Of a stretch of 64,000 bases of DNA, positions 63,476 through 64,000 are shown piece after piece. The notes under the pieces are model-generated. The model was not told where the DNA came from, searched no databases, and worked only from the letters and a program-made list of their open reading frames with translations. The DNA comes from Ylistrum balloti (lineage: Eukaryota). The stretch spans positions 186,001 through 250,000 of the forward strand of contig NW_026782230.1 in assembly GCF_031769215.1 (NCBI RefSeq), given 5' to 3'. Both the position numbers and the translations under genes were made by a program. Positions within the stretch are counted from its first letter, which is position 1. The number at the start of each line of letters is the position of its first letter.

Positions 63476-64000
63476 CCAAATAAACCGATTACTTAAAAAT
63501 AACATAATAATTGTATCTGATGACTGACATAGTGCCTTCATTTCTCTAATGTATTGGTTTGGTAAGAAATGTATTTACTAGTTTTGTTTCATATAAATAA
63601 ATTACTTAAAAATAACGTAATTATAACAAAAAATGGCAATAACATACATACATTTTATTTTAGACATTTCTGCTGTAGTGGTTGTATTAACAGACTGTAT
63701 TGTGACTACCGTGACTACATCATGATTCTGTCCTGGATATTCCCGCCATTATTAACGCCACGGATTGATGTCTGGACGTTACCGTGACGTTTGTTAACGT
63801 CAAACTGTACTATATATTTAGACTCTAGCCCTAACGCTTTAATTCTATCATTATTTAATCTCCACAACAAGGAATATTGAGATTTATGTTCATCATAAAT
63901 ATCTTGTAATTCATATTTTATGTCCTCTTATAAAACACACGTTTTGGTTTGTCAAGATATATTCAGTTTTCTCTCTTTGAAACATATAACCTTGCTCCAG

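Noticed and set aside
132-63787. Remaining 60-120 aa ORFs in the track
   Set aside because: No recognisable domains, many begin at non-ATG codons, composition is typical of AT-rich non-coding DNA, and most lie in Lhx2/9 introns.

Overview
AT-rich eukaryotic (animal) genomic DNA. The repeat landscape suggests a lophotrochozoan, probably a mollusc; this is inference. The window holds one complete protein-coding gene: a five-exon LIM-homeobox gene of the Lhx2/9 (apterous) subfamily on the minus strand (CDS 56209->10981, 1251 nt, 416 aa). All four introns are GT-AG and phase-compatible (0, 2, 1, 0). The rest is intronic or intergenic: seven 26-43 bp minisatellite arrays, older degenerate arrays, an internally deleted Mariner, a probable LINE ORF1 relic and several GC-rich candidate regulatory islands. 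Two less obvious signals stand out. (1) A dispersed ~100-bp element carrying a minimal type-I hammerhead ribozyme of the Penelope-associated kind, present as five copies at four loci. The only copy with an intact catalytic core is antisense to the Lhx2/9 pre-mRNA; all four sense-oriented copies are broken. (2) A 38-bp minisatellite that begins at the exon-2 splice donor and lays down 12 further consensus donors, any of which would create a premature stop if used.
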